DNA of 64,000 nucleotides, from the NCBI GenBank assembly GCA_965116885.1, contig OZ220741.1, positions 5,280,001 through 5,344,000 on the forward strand, in the 5' to 3' direction. This document shows positions 19,960 to 31,682 of the stretch, one piece after another. The notes beneath the pieces are model-generated. The model was not told the origin of the DNA, did no database searches, and saw nothing but the letters and a program-made list of their open reading frames with translations. The stretch comes from Candidatus Latescibacterota bacterium. Lineage in GTDB: Bacteria; Latescibacterota; UBA2968. The first letter of the stretch is position 1; every line of letters begins with the position of its first letter. Both the position numbers and the translations under genes were made by a program.

Positions 19960-19982
19960 CCTCTCTCCAAAATGGAGAGAGG
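19960..19982. other. Perfect 10-bp stem-loop between kdgK and eda (CCTCTCTCCA-AAA-TGGAGAGAGG)
   Basis: Read directly; resembles the palindrome at 35655-35694. Confidence 0.6.
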
Positions 19983-20015
19983 CGTTATGTATTATTAGCG
20001 CATTCATCTCAGACT

Positions 20016-21059
20016 CTATCGTCTAATCCGCGCGCTCTCACCCTTCATTGCACTCTCAGCCTCTGCGCGCGTAGCCCAGTTCACATCGCCCGGGAACGTA
20101 TGTGCCAGAGCCGAATAAGCCCCTGCAAAATCCACGATATCCTGAGCTGGTTCGCCCTCGAGCACCCCGGCAATAATACCCGCTGAAAAATTATCGCCCC
20201 CTCCTACGCGATCCACCATCTCCAAATCTTCATAAATGCGCGACAAATAAAACTCGCTGCCATCGTAAAGCAGCGTGCGCCAGTCATTTAGCAACCCGGT
20301 CTTCGCAACGCGCAGGGTTGTACCCACAAGTGTCACATTGGGATATTGTGATACGGCCTTCCGCGCGACATCTTTATAGCTCTCAGGGTCGAGCGCGTCG
20401 TAATCGCCCGACGTACCCTCGGCTTTAAGCCCCATCGTCTTTTCAAAATCCTCTTCATTGCCGATAAGCACCTGCACATGCGGAATACACTTTGCAATTG
20501 TCTCCTGTGCCTGTTCTGCACTCCACAATTTGGACCTGAAATTGAGATCAAAACTCGTAGTCACGCCTGCATCGCGGGCTGCTACCAGCGCTTCTACTGT
20601 AGCCTCTGCCGCACCTTCGGACAACGCGGGCGTAATCCCACTGACGTGAAACCACTTGCTCCCTTCAAAAACAGATGCCCAATCCACCATCCCCGGCTCG
20701 ATATTCATAATCGCGGTATGGCCCCTGTCATACGTCACCGCACTCGCACGCGGCCCCACCCCCACTTCCATGTGATAAAATCCATTGCGCTCAAGCCCCA
20801 CACCATCAAAATCCGTCCACAAAATATTGGACATATCCACCCCGTGCTCGCGCCCCTTATTGCGAATAATCCACCCCGTCCAATTATCGACCAACCGGGA
20901 CACCCACGCCGCCTTCAATCCCAAGTGCGCGCAACCGACCGCGACATTGTATTCCCCCCCACCGATCTCAACATCGAGTTTACTCGCATTCTCCAATCGG
21001 CGGTATTCTGGCGAAGACAGCCGAATCATCGCCTCGCCAAAAGTCACGACATCGTACAT
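20016..21059 (-). CDS. kdgK: 2-keto-3-deoxygluconate kinase (PfkB family)
   Basis: VVTFGEAMIRL, WFHVSGITPAL, SFDLNFR, DRVGGGD; adjacent to eda. Confidence 0.88.
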   Translation of the reverse strand: MYDVVTFGEAMIRLSSPEYRRLENASKLDVEIGGGEYNVAVGCAHLGLKAAWVSRLVDNWTGWIIRNKGREHGVDMSNILWTDFDGVGLERNGFYHMEVGVGPRASAVTYDRGHTAIMNIEPGMVDWASVFEGSKWFHVSGITPALSEGAAEATVEALVAARDAGVTTSFDLNFRSKLWSAEQAQETIAKCIPHVQVLIGNEEDFEKTMGLKAEGTSGDYDALDPESYKDVARKAVSQYPNVTLVGTTLRVAKTGLLNDWRTLLYDGSEFYLSRIYEDLEMVDRVGGGDNFSAGIIAGVLEGEPAQDIVDFAGAYSALAHTFPGDVNWATRAEAESAMKGESARIRR

Positions 21060-21086
21060 ATAGTCCCCCTCAAAATTAGCAATCAG

Positions 21087-21767
21087 CTACTCATCCGAGC
21101 CACCCAGAAAGCCCGCCATCCACAACAGGCGCAACAACTCCAAAATTGCCACCAATGCTGATGCGACATAAGTTAGCGCAGCAGCATTCAAAACCTTCCT
21201 CGAAGCGGGGATCTCCTCAGGCGTCAGATATCCGCCATCAGCCAAAATCTGAATGGCCCGACTGCTCGCATTAAATTCAACCGGCAGGGTAACAATACTG
21301 AAAACCACAGCCGCAGAAAAGAACACAATGCCAAAAAAAATCAGTTCCAACCAACCGAAAATAAACCCGGCAATAAGAAAAACCCACGCCATCTTCGACC
21401 CAATATTTGCAACTGGAACCAGGCTTGTTCGAAGAGACAGAGGCACATAGCCCTGCGCGTGTTGAAATGCATGCCCGGCTTCGTGAGCAGCCACGCCAAT
21501 CGCAGCTAAAGAGCGATTCCCGTACACACTTTCCGATAAGCGCAACATGCGATCTCTCGGATCGTAGTGATCTGTCAAATGCCCCTGCACAGGCTCCACG
21601 CTCACGGGCAAACCACCTCGACGTAAAATATCTCGCGCGACCTGATCTGCAGTCGCACCGCTTTGCGCAACAAACTCATCGTATTTGCGAAACGTGCGCT
21701 TCACCTTGAATTGCGCCCACATCGTAATAGCTATTCCTATAAACATCACCATCAAACCTTCCAGCAT
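21087..21767 (-). CDS. Membrane zinc metallopeptidase (YugP-like)
   Basis: LTDHYDP, AAHEAGHA (HExxH), TLPVEFNAS, AAALTYVA. Confidence 0.92.
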   Translation of the reverse strand: MLEGLMVMFIGIAITMWAQFKVKRTFRKYDEFVAQSGATADQVARDILRRGGLPVSVEPVQGHLTDHYDPRDRMLRLSESVYGNRSLAAIGVAAHEAGHAFQHAQGYVPLSLRTSLVPVANIGSKMAWVFLIAGFIFGWLELIFFGIVFFSAAVVFSIVTLPVEFNASSRAIQILADGGYLTPEEIPASRKVLNAAALTYVASALVAILELLRLLWMAGFLGGSDE

Positions 21768-21801
21768 GACATCTCCTCCTGAAACAGTTGTCAGTTATCA
21801 G

Positions 21802-22761
21802 TTATCGGTTGTCAGCCTTCGCGTCTCTACCCAATCTCTCCCCGACCTCAATGCGATATCCCCGCACAAAATCAGCACCGGACATGCGCTTTTTACCCGC
21901 TGGTTGCACCTCGTCCAGCGCGAGAACCCCTTTGCCCGTCCCCACAATGAGTCCGCGCTTGCCATCTACACCAATCACAGTACCCGCTTCTCCCATCTCC
22001 GTCTCAACCGTTGCCCTGTGAACCTTCAGTAATTTATTCTGCCAGAGTGTAAACGCTCCCGGAAAGGGATTGGTTCCCCGAATGAGATTGCGAATATCTC
22101 CAGCGCCTTTTGCCCAGTCAATCTCGCCATCTTCTTTCTCTAATTTTGGAGCGCGACTCACGCCCTCATCCGTCTGTGGCACGGGAATAACAGAACCATC
22201 TGCCATGCCATCAATAGCCCGAATGAGCAACTCAGCACCCATCACCTTCAACCGCTCATACAGTTCGCCCGCGGTTTCATCGTCCCCAATCGCCACCTTT
22301 TGCTGAATTAAAATATCGCCGGCATCCACGCGCGGCGACAATTGAAAAATGGTCACACCCGTCTCGGTCTCACCATTGATAATAGCCCATTGAATAGGCG
22401 CTGCCCCGCGATATTTGGGCAACAGAGAGGGATGAACATTCACAGAACCCAATTTGGGAATCGCCAGCACAGAACGCGGCAAAATCAGAAAAGCCACCAC
22501 CGCAAGTAGATCTGGTTCCAGAGCCTGCAACTGCGCATGAAAATTCTCATCTCTGAGCGATTCGGGCTGCAAAACCGGCACATCCAACCCCAGCGACGCA
22601 ACCGCAGCCTTCACATCGGCTGGTTGCATCTGCTGACCCCGACCGCGTGGCCTATCTGGTCGCGTCACCACGCCCACAAGATCATGACCGCTTTGAGCCA
22701 CGCTCAAAAGCGACGGCACCGCAAAATCGGGCGTGCCCATAAACACTACCCTCATTGCCAA
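21802..22761 (-). CDS. fmt: Methionyl-tRNA formyltransferase
   Basis: VFMGTPDFA, NVHPSLLPKYRGAAP, DAGDI, QPAGKK. Confidence 0.97.
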   Translation of the reverse strand: MAMRVVFMGTPDFAVPSLLSVAQSGHDLVGVVTRPDRPRGRGQQMQPADVKAAVASLGLDVPVLQPESLRDENFHAQLQALEPDLLAVVAFLILPRSVLAIPKLGSVNVHPSLLPKYRGAAPIQWAIINGETETGVTIFQLSPRVDAGDILIQQKVAIGDDETAGELYERLKVMGAELLIRAIDGMADGSVIPVPQTDEGVSRAPKLEKEDGEIDWAKGAGDIRNLIRGTNPFPGAFTLWQNKLLKVHRATVETEMGEAGTVIGVDGKRGLIVGTGKGVLALDEVQPAGKKRMSGADFVRGYRIEVGERLGRDAKADNR

Positions 22762-22776
22762 ATTTTCACCTTTCTA

Positions 22777-24376
<1,600 letters not shown>

Positions 24377-24407
24377 CTAAAAACAATCGCTAAAAACAAT
24401 CGCGGTC

Positions 24408-24436
24408 AATATAACATCCCCCCTCTTATGCGTCAA
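24408..24436 (-). promoter_or_regulatory. Putative sigma70 promoter of the tgt-yajC-fmt operon (TTGACG-N17-TATATT, extended -10 TG)
   Basis: Read on the reverse strand. Confidence 0.6.
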
Positions 24437-24481
24437 GGATCAGGATTTACAGGATGAAAAGATGTTCAGGATACCCCATTC

Positions 24482-25717
24482 TTAATTTTTAAGTTTTAAT
24501 TCTTTCACAGCTTCTTCAGCCAGCACAAATACAAACCCCTGGTCTGCCAACTCGGGTAACATGCGTTGCAATGCCTGTAGTGTATTGGGTTTTGCATGCC
24601 CAATACCAATCACCATACCTTCATGCCGTGCGCGAGCGGCGAGCCAGTATAGTCGCTTGGCCACCACTTCCTCATCTTCGACAATATCCAAAAACATCGC
24701 ATTGCGACCACTGGGAATATCCATATCCCGCGCGACTGCATAAGCCACTGATTGGGGTGACGTGACACTATCGATAAAAAAGAAATTCCACTTTTCCACA
24801 ACGCCTAACACTGCTTTCATCGCTGCAAAATTTTGTGTTAATCGAGACCCCATGTGATTGTTCATCCCTGTTGCATGGGGTACGGATGCGAGGGCATTTT
24901 GGGTCAACTCCGCGATCTTTTCCGGCGCGTAATCCAAAAAAATTGCATTGGGACCTGGATCGCGCGCTGGATAGTCTATCGGCTCCATAGGCAAATGGAC
25001 CATCACGCCGTGATTTTTCTCAATAGCCTGCTGCGCTATCCAGGCCGTATGCTTCTCGCCGGGAAAAATCGAAAATGTAATCGGCTGTGGCAACTCACAA
25101 AAAGACAGAATTAAATTCCGATCCTGATATCCAAAATCATCAATCACAATGGCAATACGCCCCGCGAGTCGCTCGAGTTCTTCATTCTTCTCAAGCCGGA
25201 ACAAATTGGTCTGTCTATCATTCAACCCCACGCGAAGCCACAGCACATTGCCCTGTCGATCCTCGCTACCTTCAATTACCACCCCACCCAATTGATGCGC
25301 CAGATGGGTCAAAGACAAATTGCAAACAGATAGTGGCAAAGCATCGGGCACTTTCGACTGCACTTCCCAACGCACTTCGCCTTTGGACAAACGCACCTTT
25401 TTAATCGCTTCAGGAGGAATCCCCAGCCCGATCAAAACATCTTTTGCCTGCACGACCATTGTATCGGCAAATGCAAGAACGTCTTCTGGACCGGCTTTCC
25501 ATCCTGGTGTCTCTTCGATGGGAAGTGCATATTCGACCGACTGTGGTCGCCAAAAATACGACCACAGCCGCCAAAAATACGACTGAGGTAGCCAAAAATA
25601 GGCGGTCAATACACCAGCGAGCGAAATTATTATAACACAGGGCACAACCCATAACCGAAGAGATCGCCGCTTACGCGCCATTTCCAATGGTCTTTTTTCA
25701 GACAAACGTTTCGCCAT
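24482..25717 (-). CDS. Divergent polysaccharide deacetylase family (YibQ-like) with N-terminal membrane anchor
   Basis: IAIVIDDFG, HLPMEP, NNHMGS, FIDSVT, IGIGH. Confidence 0.9.
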   Translation of the reverse strand: MAKRLSEKRPLEMARKRRSLRLWVVPCVIIISLAGVLTAYFWLPQSYFWRLWSYFWRPQSVEYALPIEETPGWKAGPEDVLAFADTMVVQAKDVLIGLGIPPEAIKKVRLSKGEVRWEVQSKVPDALPLSVCNLSLTHLAHQLGGVVIEGSEDRQGNVLWLRVGLNDRQTNLFRLEKNEELERLAGRIAIVIDDFGYQDRNLILSFCELPQPITFSIFPGEKHTAWIAQQAIEKNHGVMVHLPMEPIDYPARDPGPNAIFLDYAPEKIAELTQNALASVPHATGMNNHMGSRLTQNFAAMKAVLGVVEKWNFFFIDSVTSPQSVAYAVARDMDIPSGRNAMFLDIVEDEEVVAKRLYWLAARARHEGMVIGIGHAKPNTLQALQRMLPELADQGFVFVLAEEAVKELKLKN

Positions 25718-25726
25718 TTTGCAGAC

Positions 25727-26701
25727 TCAATAAATCTGAACCGGATCGGGAATAAAACACAATACAAAAATAGCCAGCGACGCGTACCCAAGCCACCGCC
25801 GTGCAGGATCCAATTCAACATCGGGATTTACAGGCGGCGGATGATGCCGTCCCATCAGCGCAGCCAACCCCAACCACACCAGCCAACCGATCCAGCGGGA
25901 ATCATACCAGGCCCTGAACATAGATTGTGCATCCCACCAGTGGTAAGGCGGTGCACATAACCACATCAATGCCAATCCCACCATTGTCGCCCGAGAAATT
26001 AACCGGTGTTTCCCACCAAAAATCGCATAGACAATATGACCGCCATCAAATTGTCCCATCGGCAACAAATTCAACACCGTCACAAACAACCCCAACCAGC
26101 CCGCAAAAGCCACCGGATGCAGCATCACATCATAACCCTCGGGCAGATCACCGATAACGCTTATACCCAACCAACTCGACAAGAGAGAATCACCCAGAGT
26201 AAGTGCGCCTTCCGGTATATCTCGTACCTCAATTACTTCCGACATGTGCAGCCCAGCACTCAACGCGATCACAGACATCACAAACCCGGCAATAGGCCCA
26301 GATGCGCCAATATCGATAAGCGCCCGTCGATTCGGAATCTGAGATCGCAATTTGATCACTGCCCCCAGGGTGCCAATAAACGAAGGGAAGGGAATAAAAT
26401 AGGGCAATGAGGCGCGCACACCCCAGCGGCGCGAAGTCACATAATGCCCCATCTCGTGTATGCCCAAAATGATCAGCAACGTCGCAGAAAACGGCAAGCC
26501 ATAGACCAAATAGCGAGGATCAATCAAAATATGCCAGTTATCGGGCATTGATGCCCATTGGGAAGACATGGGCATCCCCGCGACCGTCGTCGTGTACACA
26601 GTTGCCAAAAACAGCCCAACATGCAATCTCAAATTCTCCTGCTTCCTGGACAAGGCCGGCCGCGTGGGAAAATACCGATTATCATTCAAATCGTCTGACA
26701 C
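25727..26701 (-). CDS. Site-2 protease (peptidase M50)
   Basis: IHEMGH, ASGPIAG, LNLLPMGQFDGGH. Confidence 0.92.
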   Translation of the reverse strand: MSDDLNDNRYFPTRPALSRKQENLRLHVGLFLATVYTTTVAGMPMSSQWASMPDNWHILIDPRYLVYGLPFSATLLIILGIHEMGHYVTSRRWGVRASLPYFIPFPSFIGTLGAVIKLRSQIPNRRALIDIGASGPIAGFVMSVIALSAGLHMSEVIEVRDIPEGALTLGDSLLSSWLGISVIGDLPEGYDVMLHPVAFAGWLGLFVTVLNLLPMGQFDGGHIVYAIFGGKHRLISRATMVGLALMWLCAPPYHWWDAQSMFRAWYDSRWIGWLVWLGLAALMGRHHPPPVNPDVELDPARRWLGYASLAIFVLCFIPDPVQIY

Positions 26702-26726
26702 AATCGCTCCTTATCCTTTTCACCTC

Positions 26727-27611
26727 TCACCTTATCCCCACTGCAATGCGATGCGAATCGCCCAACCCCTGCGATGCAGGCACAAAAGCGTAATCCACCC
26801 GCCAGTTGCGCTGCGTGATACCCAATCCAAACGACAACATGCGCGTATCGTGCCCGGTTTGAATCCCACCGCGCAAAAACAACCTGTCCATCACCCCGTA
26901 TTCCAAACCGAAATTTGCCCCGCTATTGCCCGCTGCTGGCAGGCGAAAATCGGCTGTTGCTATCCACGTGCGCCAGAACCACGCAGCCCCCAAGCGAAAC
27001 ACCCGGGGCAAAGGGGTGCGCACCCGGTCTAACTGCGCCATTCTTCCCCAATTTCGATATGACATCCCCAGCATCACGTTCTCAGATATACGATATAACG
27101 CACCCCCATCCGCGCTCATCCCCCACGCACTCTCTGGCCCGATATTTTCATGCAACGCCCGAACCGAAAACCCCACATAAATTCGCTGCCCTATCTTCTG
27201 CGCATAGGACAACCCCGCATTGAGATCGTAAACGCTAAACGTACCCGCAGGCGTCGCGGTCGGTTCTCGCCGCGCTTCCAATCCCCCAGTCCCATAAACG
27301 CCCAAACTCAGCGCAAGACCGCGCCTATCATTGCCATAAGCCCACCCGCCATACCCCTGCTTGATCCCCTGGAACGATCGGTGGTGCGCCAAAATAAAAT
27401 GTTTGCCCTGCATAGCCGCCACACCTGCCGGATTCCAAAACGCAGCAGTCTGTTCACCTACCACAGCGGTCTGTGCTTCACCCATCGCAGCAGCACGCGC
27501 ACCAACCCCCTCGCGCAGCAGTAAAAAACCGGCCTTGCGCGCCGAAGCACTGGCCTCAGCAAAAAACAGACAACAGATCATAATAAAAATACCAAAAACA
27601 ATGCGCTTCAC
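26727..27611 (-). CDS. PorV/UPF0164-family outer-membrane beta-barrel protein
   Basis: Signal peptide, GVGARAAAMGEA, AFWNPAG, C-terminal DYAFVP..LGDSHRI. GTG at 27611 follows GGAGG. Confidence 0.8.
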   Translation of the reverse strand: MKRIVFGIFIMICCLFFAEASASARKAGFLLLREGVGARAAAMGEAQTAVVGEQTAAFWNPAGVAAMQGKHFILAHHRSFQGIKQGYGGWAYGNDRRGLALSLGVYGTGGLEARREPTATPAGTFSVYDLNAGLSYAQKIGQRIYVGFSVRALHENIGPESAWGMSADGGALYRISENVMLGMSYRNWGRMAQLDRVRTPLPRVFRLGAAWFWRTWIATADFRLPAAGNSGANFGLEYGVMDRLFLRGGIQTGHDTRMLSFGLGITQRNWRVDYAFVPASQGLGDSHRIAVGIR

Positions 27612-27724
27612 AAAAACCTCCTGCATACAAAAACTCCAAAAGTCAGTGCATTTCAGAAAGAGTAAGCAAACAGACAAAATGTGTCAACCGCCCATTATTA
27701 AAATGGACCATCCCAAGCGCGCAA

Positions 27725-27753
27725 TTGACAGGACCTTATTTCCTAACTACATT
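27725..27753 (+). promoter_or_regulatory. Putative sigma70 promoter (TTGACA-N17-TACATT)
   Basis: Consensus -35 and 17-nt spacer; implies the TTG start given in the ORF track is not the real start. Confidence 0.55.
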
Positions 27754-27796
27754 TGTTATGGCAATCTCTCTCGCACCACAAAAGGAGTCTATCAAA

Positions 27797-28981
27797 GTGC
27801 AAAAAGACGCGACTACAGAAGACCGCAGAGACAAGAGTGGAAATGCTTTACGCCTTGTGAAAGAGGCCATAGACGCTCTGCAAGCACGATCATCAAACTC
27901 AACAAGCACTGCTGTACGCAAGTTGCAAACTGCGGCCTCCCTGATAGGCGATAAGGACCTTGTCACCTGGTGTGACTTTCAACTCGGGAAGCTAAATTTA
28001 TATTTAGCAACAATAGATCAGGACGAAGACCCTAAGGTCTATTTTTCCCGAATATGCAGTCAACTTAAAGAGCGCAAGATACCTTTCACAGTGGAAGAAC
28101 TAATCCCAAGACTGGACAAGGCAGGTGGTGGTTTCTCCAGCATTGAGTTTATCGAAGATATCCTTAACCAGATGCAGAAAGAGAAACGAGGCAACGATGG
28201 AACTCATTATCGGTCAGATCTGAGGGTGGTGATTTCCGCTACAGCAAACGCTGCCGCTATCCACGCCAATCGACTCTATGCCAATCTCGCTTTTGGCGAG
28301 GTTCCACGACAATACTTTGATCTGATAAGAGACAGGGTCGATAACCTGCTGTTAGATATCTGTCCAGACGCCATAGAGCAGTTCATGACGGCATACGAGA
28401 AACTCGCAGGTGGCCGGGCAGAAGATTGGTCGCTCGCACTGACGTCCTGTCGGAGAATCATTAAGGCAGTTGCGGACGTGATATATCCTCCCCAAAATGA
28501 GAAGGTCGCAGGCCGAGAGGTCGGAGATCAACAGTACATTAACCGCATTTGGGCGTTTTTAGACGAAAATATGGCCTCAAGTTCCGACAAAAACCTGGCA
28601 AAAGCCCACATAGACTATCTGGGCTCCTTCATTGAGAAACTAAACAAGAAGGCTTCCAAGGGCGTACACTCTGCTGTAAATCACGAAGAAGCCGTAAGAA
28701 CTGTTCTCTACACCTATCTCACCCTTGGGGATATTCTTGACTTCACACCTGAGAGCGTCTCCAAAGCACTCAAAGAAAAAGGAAAGTTTAATGTCAATAG
28801 TGCCTCAATAGAAGAAATGCTGTCAGTGCCTGGAATGACCAACGACATTGCAAAGCAGATTGTGAAACGGCGAGTGAAACGGGCATTCGTATCTATCGAG
28901 GAACTGCAGGAACTCAAAGGTGTCGGTCCCAGCACGGTACAGAAGCTGAGCGTGGCAATGATCGCACTACCCACGGAATGA
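27797..28981 (+). CDS. Hypothetical defence-like protein: AbiTii-like N-terminus, helical HEPN-like core, C-terminal ComEA-type helix-hairpin-helix
   Basis: AVRKLQTAASLIGD..TWCDFQLG (AbiTii-like); TSCRRII..YINRI..ASKGVH; NVNSASIEEMLSVPGM..LKGVGP HhH. GTG at 27797 follows AAGGAG. Confidence 0.55.
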   Translation: MQKDATTEDRRDKSGNALRLVKEAIDALQARSSNSTSTAVRKLQTAASLIGDKDLVTWCDFQLGKLNLYLATIDQDEDPKVYFSRICSQLKERKIPFTVEELIPRLDKAGGGFSSIEFIEDILNQMQKEKRGNDGTHYRSDLRVVISATANAAAIHANRLYANLAFGEVPRQYFDLIRDRVDNLLLDICPDAIEQFMTAYEKLAGGRAEDWSLALTSCRRIIKAVADVIYPPQNEKVAGREVGDQQYINRIWAFLDENMASSSDKNLAKAHIDYLGSFIEKLNKKASKGVHSAVNHEEAVRTVLYTYLTLGDILDFTPESVSKALKEKGKFNVNSASIEEMLSVPGMTNDIAKQIVKRRVKRAFVSIEELQELKGVGPSTVQKLSVAMIALPTE

Positions 28982-29087
28982 TTTTCAGATAGTAAAAAAA
29001 CGAAGAAATTACGAACCACAATATTTTTCTGACACCAAGCATTTGGATCAACAACTCGCACTTTTTGAATCCCTTGCAGGAGTTACC

Positions 29088-29522
29088 ATGGCACAAGCAG
29101 AAATTGGCGATCGCGTATTGATTTATTACAAGGGAATCCTTGAAGACGGAACCATAGCCGAAGGTACACCTGAGAATGAACCATTTGAATTTACAGTGGG
29201 AGACGAATCTGTAAAAGGCATATTCACACGCCTTGTAAACGGATTAGAAGAAGGCGATTCTCGCACGGTCATCCTATCTCCAGAAGATGCGTTTGGACCC
29301 TATAATCCCGACTTTGTAATCGAAGTTGCGCGATCGAAATTTCCTCCCGATGCACTTCTCGAAAAGGGAATGCGCATGGAAGTACAATCCGACCCCAATG
29401 GCACACCCGTCGAAGTCTCCGTAAAAGAAATAACATCTCAAACCGTGACATTAGACGGCAACCATCCCTTTGCGGGTGAAGAAATTACGATGACGATTCA
29501 ATTGGTAGAGATAGTAGTTTAG
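29088..29522 (+). CDS. FKBP-type peptidyl-prolyl isomerase (SlyD/SlpA-like, no His-rich tail)
   Basis: PFEFTVG, LSPEDAFG, VTLDGNHPFAG. Confidence 0.9.
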   Translation: MAQAEIGDRVLIYYKGILEDGTIAEGTPENEPFEFTVGDESVKGIFTRLVNGLEEGDSRTVILSPEDAFGPYNPDFVIEVARSKFPPDALLEKGMRMEVQSDPNGTPVEVSVKEITSQTVTLDGNHPFAGEEITMTIQLVEIVV

Positions 29523-29587
29523 TTGTACGAACGCATTGCCAAAATACAAAAGAAGACCATCCGCAAACCTTCTGGTGATCTCAAAAC

Positions 29588-30514
29588 ATGTCTTATATCC
29601 GCTGTTTCGACAATTACAGTTCCCCTTACTATATACCTACTGAAAATCTACGAGGTTTGTTTAAAGATCAGATTGTTCAACCATTTGAAGACCGTCCACG
29701 CACTTCCTCGTGGATAAACCTGGTGAAAAATAAAGACTACCAGTATCATACAGTGGAAATTCTAGGTCGAGGGCGGACCAATTTTAGTGAATGGCATGAC
29801 GGGCTTTCCCCAAAAGATAAAGTGGCCCTTTATTGTGTTCATTATATGCCTATGCACCTTTTTTCTTCTTATCATATCTTTACAAAGCACCTCACATCCG
29901 TAAGCAATAGAGTTGTATTCATTGACTTCGGTTGCGGTCCGTTAACTTCAGGTATTGCGTTTTGGGCTTCTGCAAGACAAAGCGACATGATTTATTTAGG
30001 AATTGATAGTTCGCAAGCGATGCTTAATAAGGCAAAGGAAATCAACCGATATGGATCTAATAAAAATAGAGAACCATTCTTCAGAAATTTTCAAGCAATT
30101 GGTGACTACCATAAATTGATATCCTTATTGGACTATTACATAAAAAAAGGTGATAGGACACAGATCATATTTAACTTCTGTTACTTTCTCGCAAGCCAAA
30201 CAATAGACATAGGTGACTTGTCCGAGAGCCTTACTCAGATTGTAAAAAAATATTGCCAGCATAAAATGTGCATAGTGTATCAGAATCCGCCACTCCCAGA
30301 AATAGACTTACCGCTCAAATTATCATTTTTACATAAAAATTGGACAATTCTCAAAGATAACCTGTCGGTGTTTACAAGCCAAGTAACCCAATCAAACGTC
30401 GAGTCATTCTGTTATAATAGCTTAACAGGTGGTTTCCGCCACAATGCCAAGGTCTATTGTGATATACTTTCTAACGAGTCATTTGACCTTTCTAACGATC
30501 TATTACCGTTTTAG
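29588..30514 (+). CDS. Class I SAM-dependent methyltransferase-like protein, substrate unknown
   Basis: FIDFGCGP motif I; YLGIDSSQAM motif II. Confidence 0.65.
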   Translation: MSYIRCFDNYSSPYYIPTENLRGLFKDQIVQPFEDRPRTSSWINLVKNKDYQYHTVEILGRGRTNFSEWHDGLSPKDKVALYCVHYMPMHLFSSYHIFTKHLTSVSNRVVFIDFGCGPLTSGIAFWASARQSDMIYLGIDSSQAMLNKAKEINRYGSNKNREPFFRNFQAIGDYHKLISLLDYYIKKGDRTQIIFNFCYFLASQTIDIGDLSESLTQIVKKYCQHKMCIVYQNPPLPEIDLPLKLSFLHKNWTILKDNLSVFTSQVTQSNVESFCYNSLTGGFRHNAKVYCDILSNESFDLSNDLLPF

Positions 30515-30532
30515 ACCATCGGAGACCTAACA

Positions 30533-31165
30533 ATGCAAGAAGAATTCGGCTTCCTCTCTGAATCGCCCCAGCCGTCTCTGTCCCCTCCAAGCAATCAGGA
30601 GGCGATTGATGCAATCGCCGGGCTTGATTACATAGAAGACTATATCAATGAGAGTAAACATAATATGCTGATGAAGCGGATTGATGAACAACAGTGGCTC
30701 AACGACCTGAAACGGCGGGTTCAGCATTACGGGTATAAGTACGACTACAAAGCGCGGAGGGTAGTCCGTGATATGCGTATTGGTAAATTGCCTGAGTGGT
30801 TGGAAGAGTTAGCCAAGGAATTATGTGAAGATGGACACATGCCAGAAGTTGCTGATCAGGTAATTGTGAATAATTACAAACCAAGACAAGGGATCTCAAG
30901 GCATATTGATTGTGAACCTTGTTTTGAAGATACGATTGTTTCTTTAAGTTTGGGGTCGGGCTGTTTTATGGATTTCACAAACAAAGATAAGACAGAAAAA
31001 TTTCCGGTTTGGCTTGCGCCAAGAAGTATTGTCGTCTTGAAAGATGAAGCGAGATATGAATGGTTGCACGGGATTGCCCCCAGAAAATCGGATACATGGG
31101 AAGGGAACACGGTACCGCGGGAACGAAGAGTATCGCTTACTTTTAGAAAGGTGATTATAGATTGA
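30533..31165 (+). CDS. AlkB-family Fe(II)/2OG dioxygenase
   Basis: RRVQHYGY, VNNY..GISRHID (HxD), SLSLG, WLHGI, RVSLTFR. Confidence 0.92.
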   Translation: MQEEFGFLSESPQPSLSPPSNQEAIDAIAGLDYIEDYINESKHNMLMKRIDEQQWLNDLKRRVQHYGYKYDYKARRVVRDMRIGKLPEWLEELAKELCEDGHMPEVADQVIVNNYKPRQGISRHIDCEPCFEDTIVSLSLGSGCFMDFTNKDKTEKFPVWLAPRSIVVLKDEARYEWLHGIAPRKSDTWEGNTVPRERRVSLTFRKVIID

Positions 31166-31202
31166 TGCCTGGAAAATCGCTGATTGATTGAAAGGATGAA
31201 AA

Positions 31203-31682
31203 TTGAATTCACAGATTTTGAGTGTATATGCGGATACATCCGTTTTTGGTGGTGTATTCGATGAAGAGTTTCGTCAGGCCAGTGAGTCCTTTTTCGATAT
31301 GGTTCGACATGGATATTTTAACCTGTTGACATCAGTCGTGGTGCAAGAGGAGATCGGGTCTGCCCCTGCGGAAGTTGTAACACACTTTGAACAGATGCTT
31401 AACTTTGCAGAAATTGTAGGGATTTCTGAGGAGGTTTTACAACTCCAGCAGGCTTACTTAAATGCGAAAATTGTGACCGAAAAATGGGCAGCGGACGCCC
31501 TACACGTCGCCTTGGCCACTGTAGGAGGTTGCTCAATGATTGTAAGTTGGAATTTCAAACATATCGTACATTTTTCAAAAATTCCGCTATACAATGCGGT
31601 AAACACACTTTCTGGATACTCAAATATTGCTATCCATTCCCCTCATGAGGCGATCAACTATGAAGACGAAGAAGACATTTGA
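31203..31682 (+). CDS. PIN-domain (VapC-like) toxin
   Basis: VYADTSVFGG, DALHVALA, IVSWNFKHIV. Confidence 0.85.
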   Translation: MNSQILSVYADTSVFGGVFDEEFRQASESFFDMVRHGYFNLLTSVVVQEEIGSAPAEVVTHFEQMLNFAEIVGISEEVLQLQQAYLNAKIVTEKWAADALHVALATVGGCSMIVSWNFKHIVHFSKIPLYNAVNTLSGYSNIAIHSPHEAINYEDEEDI

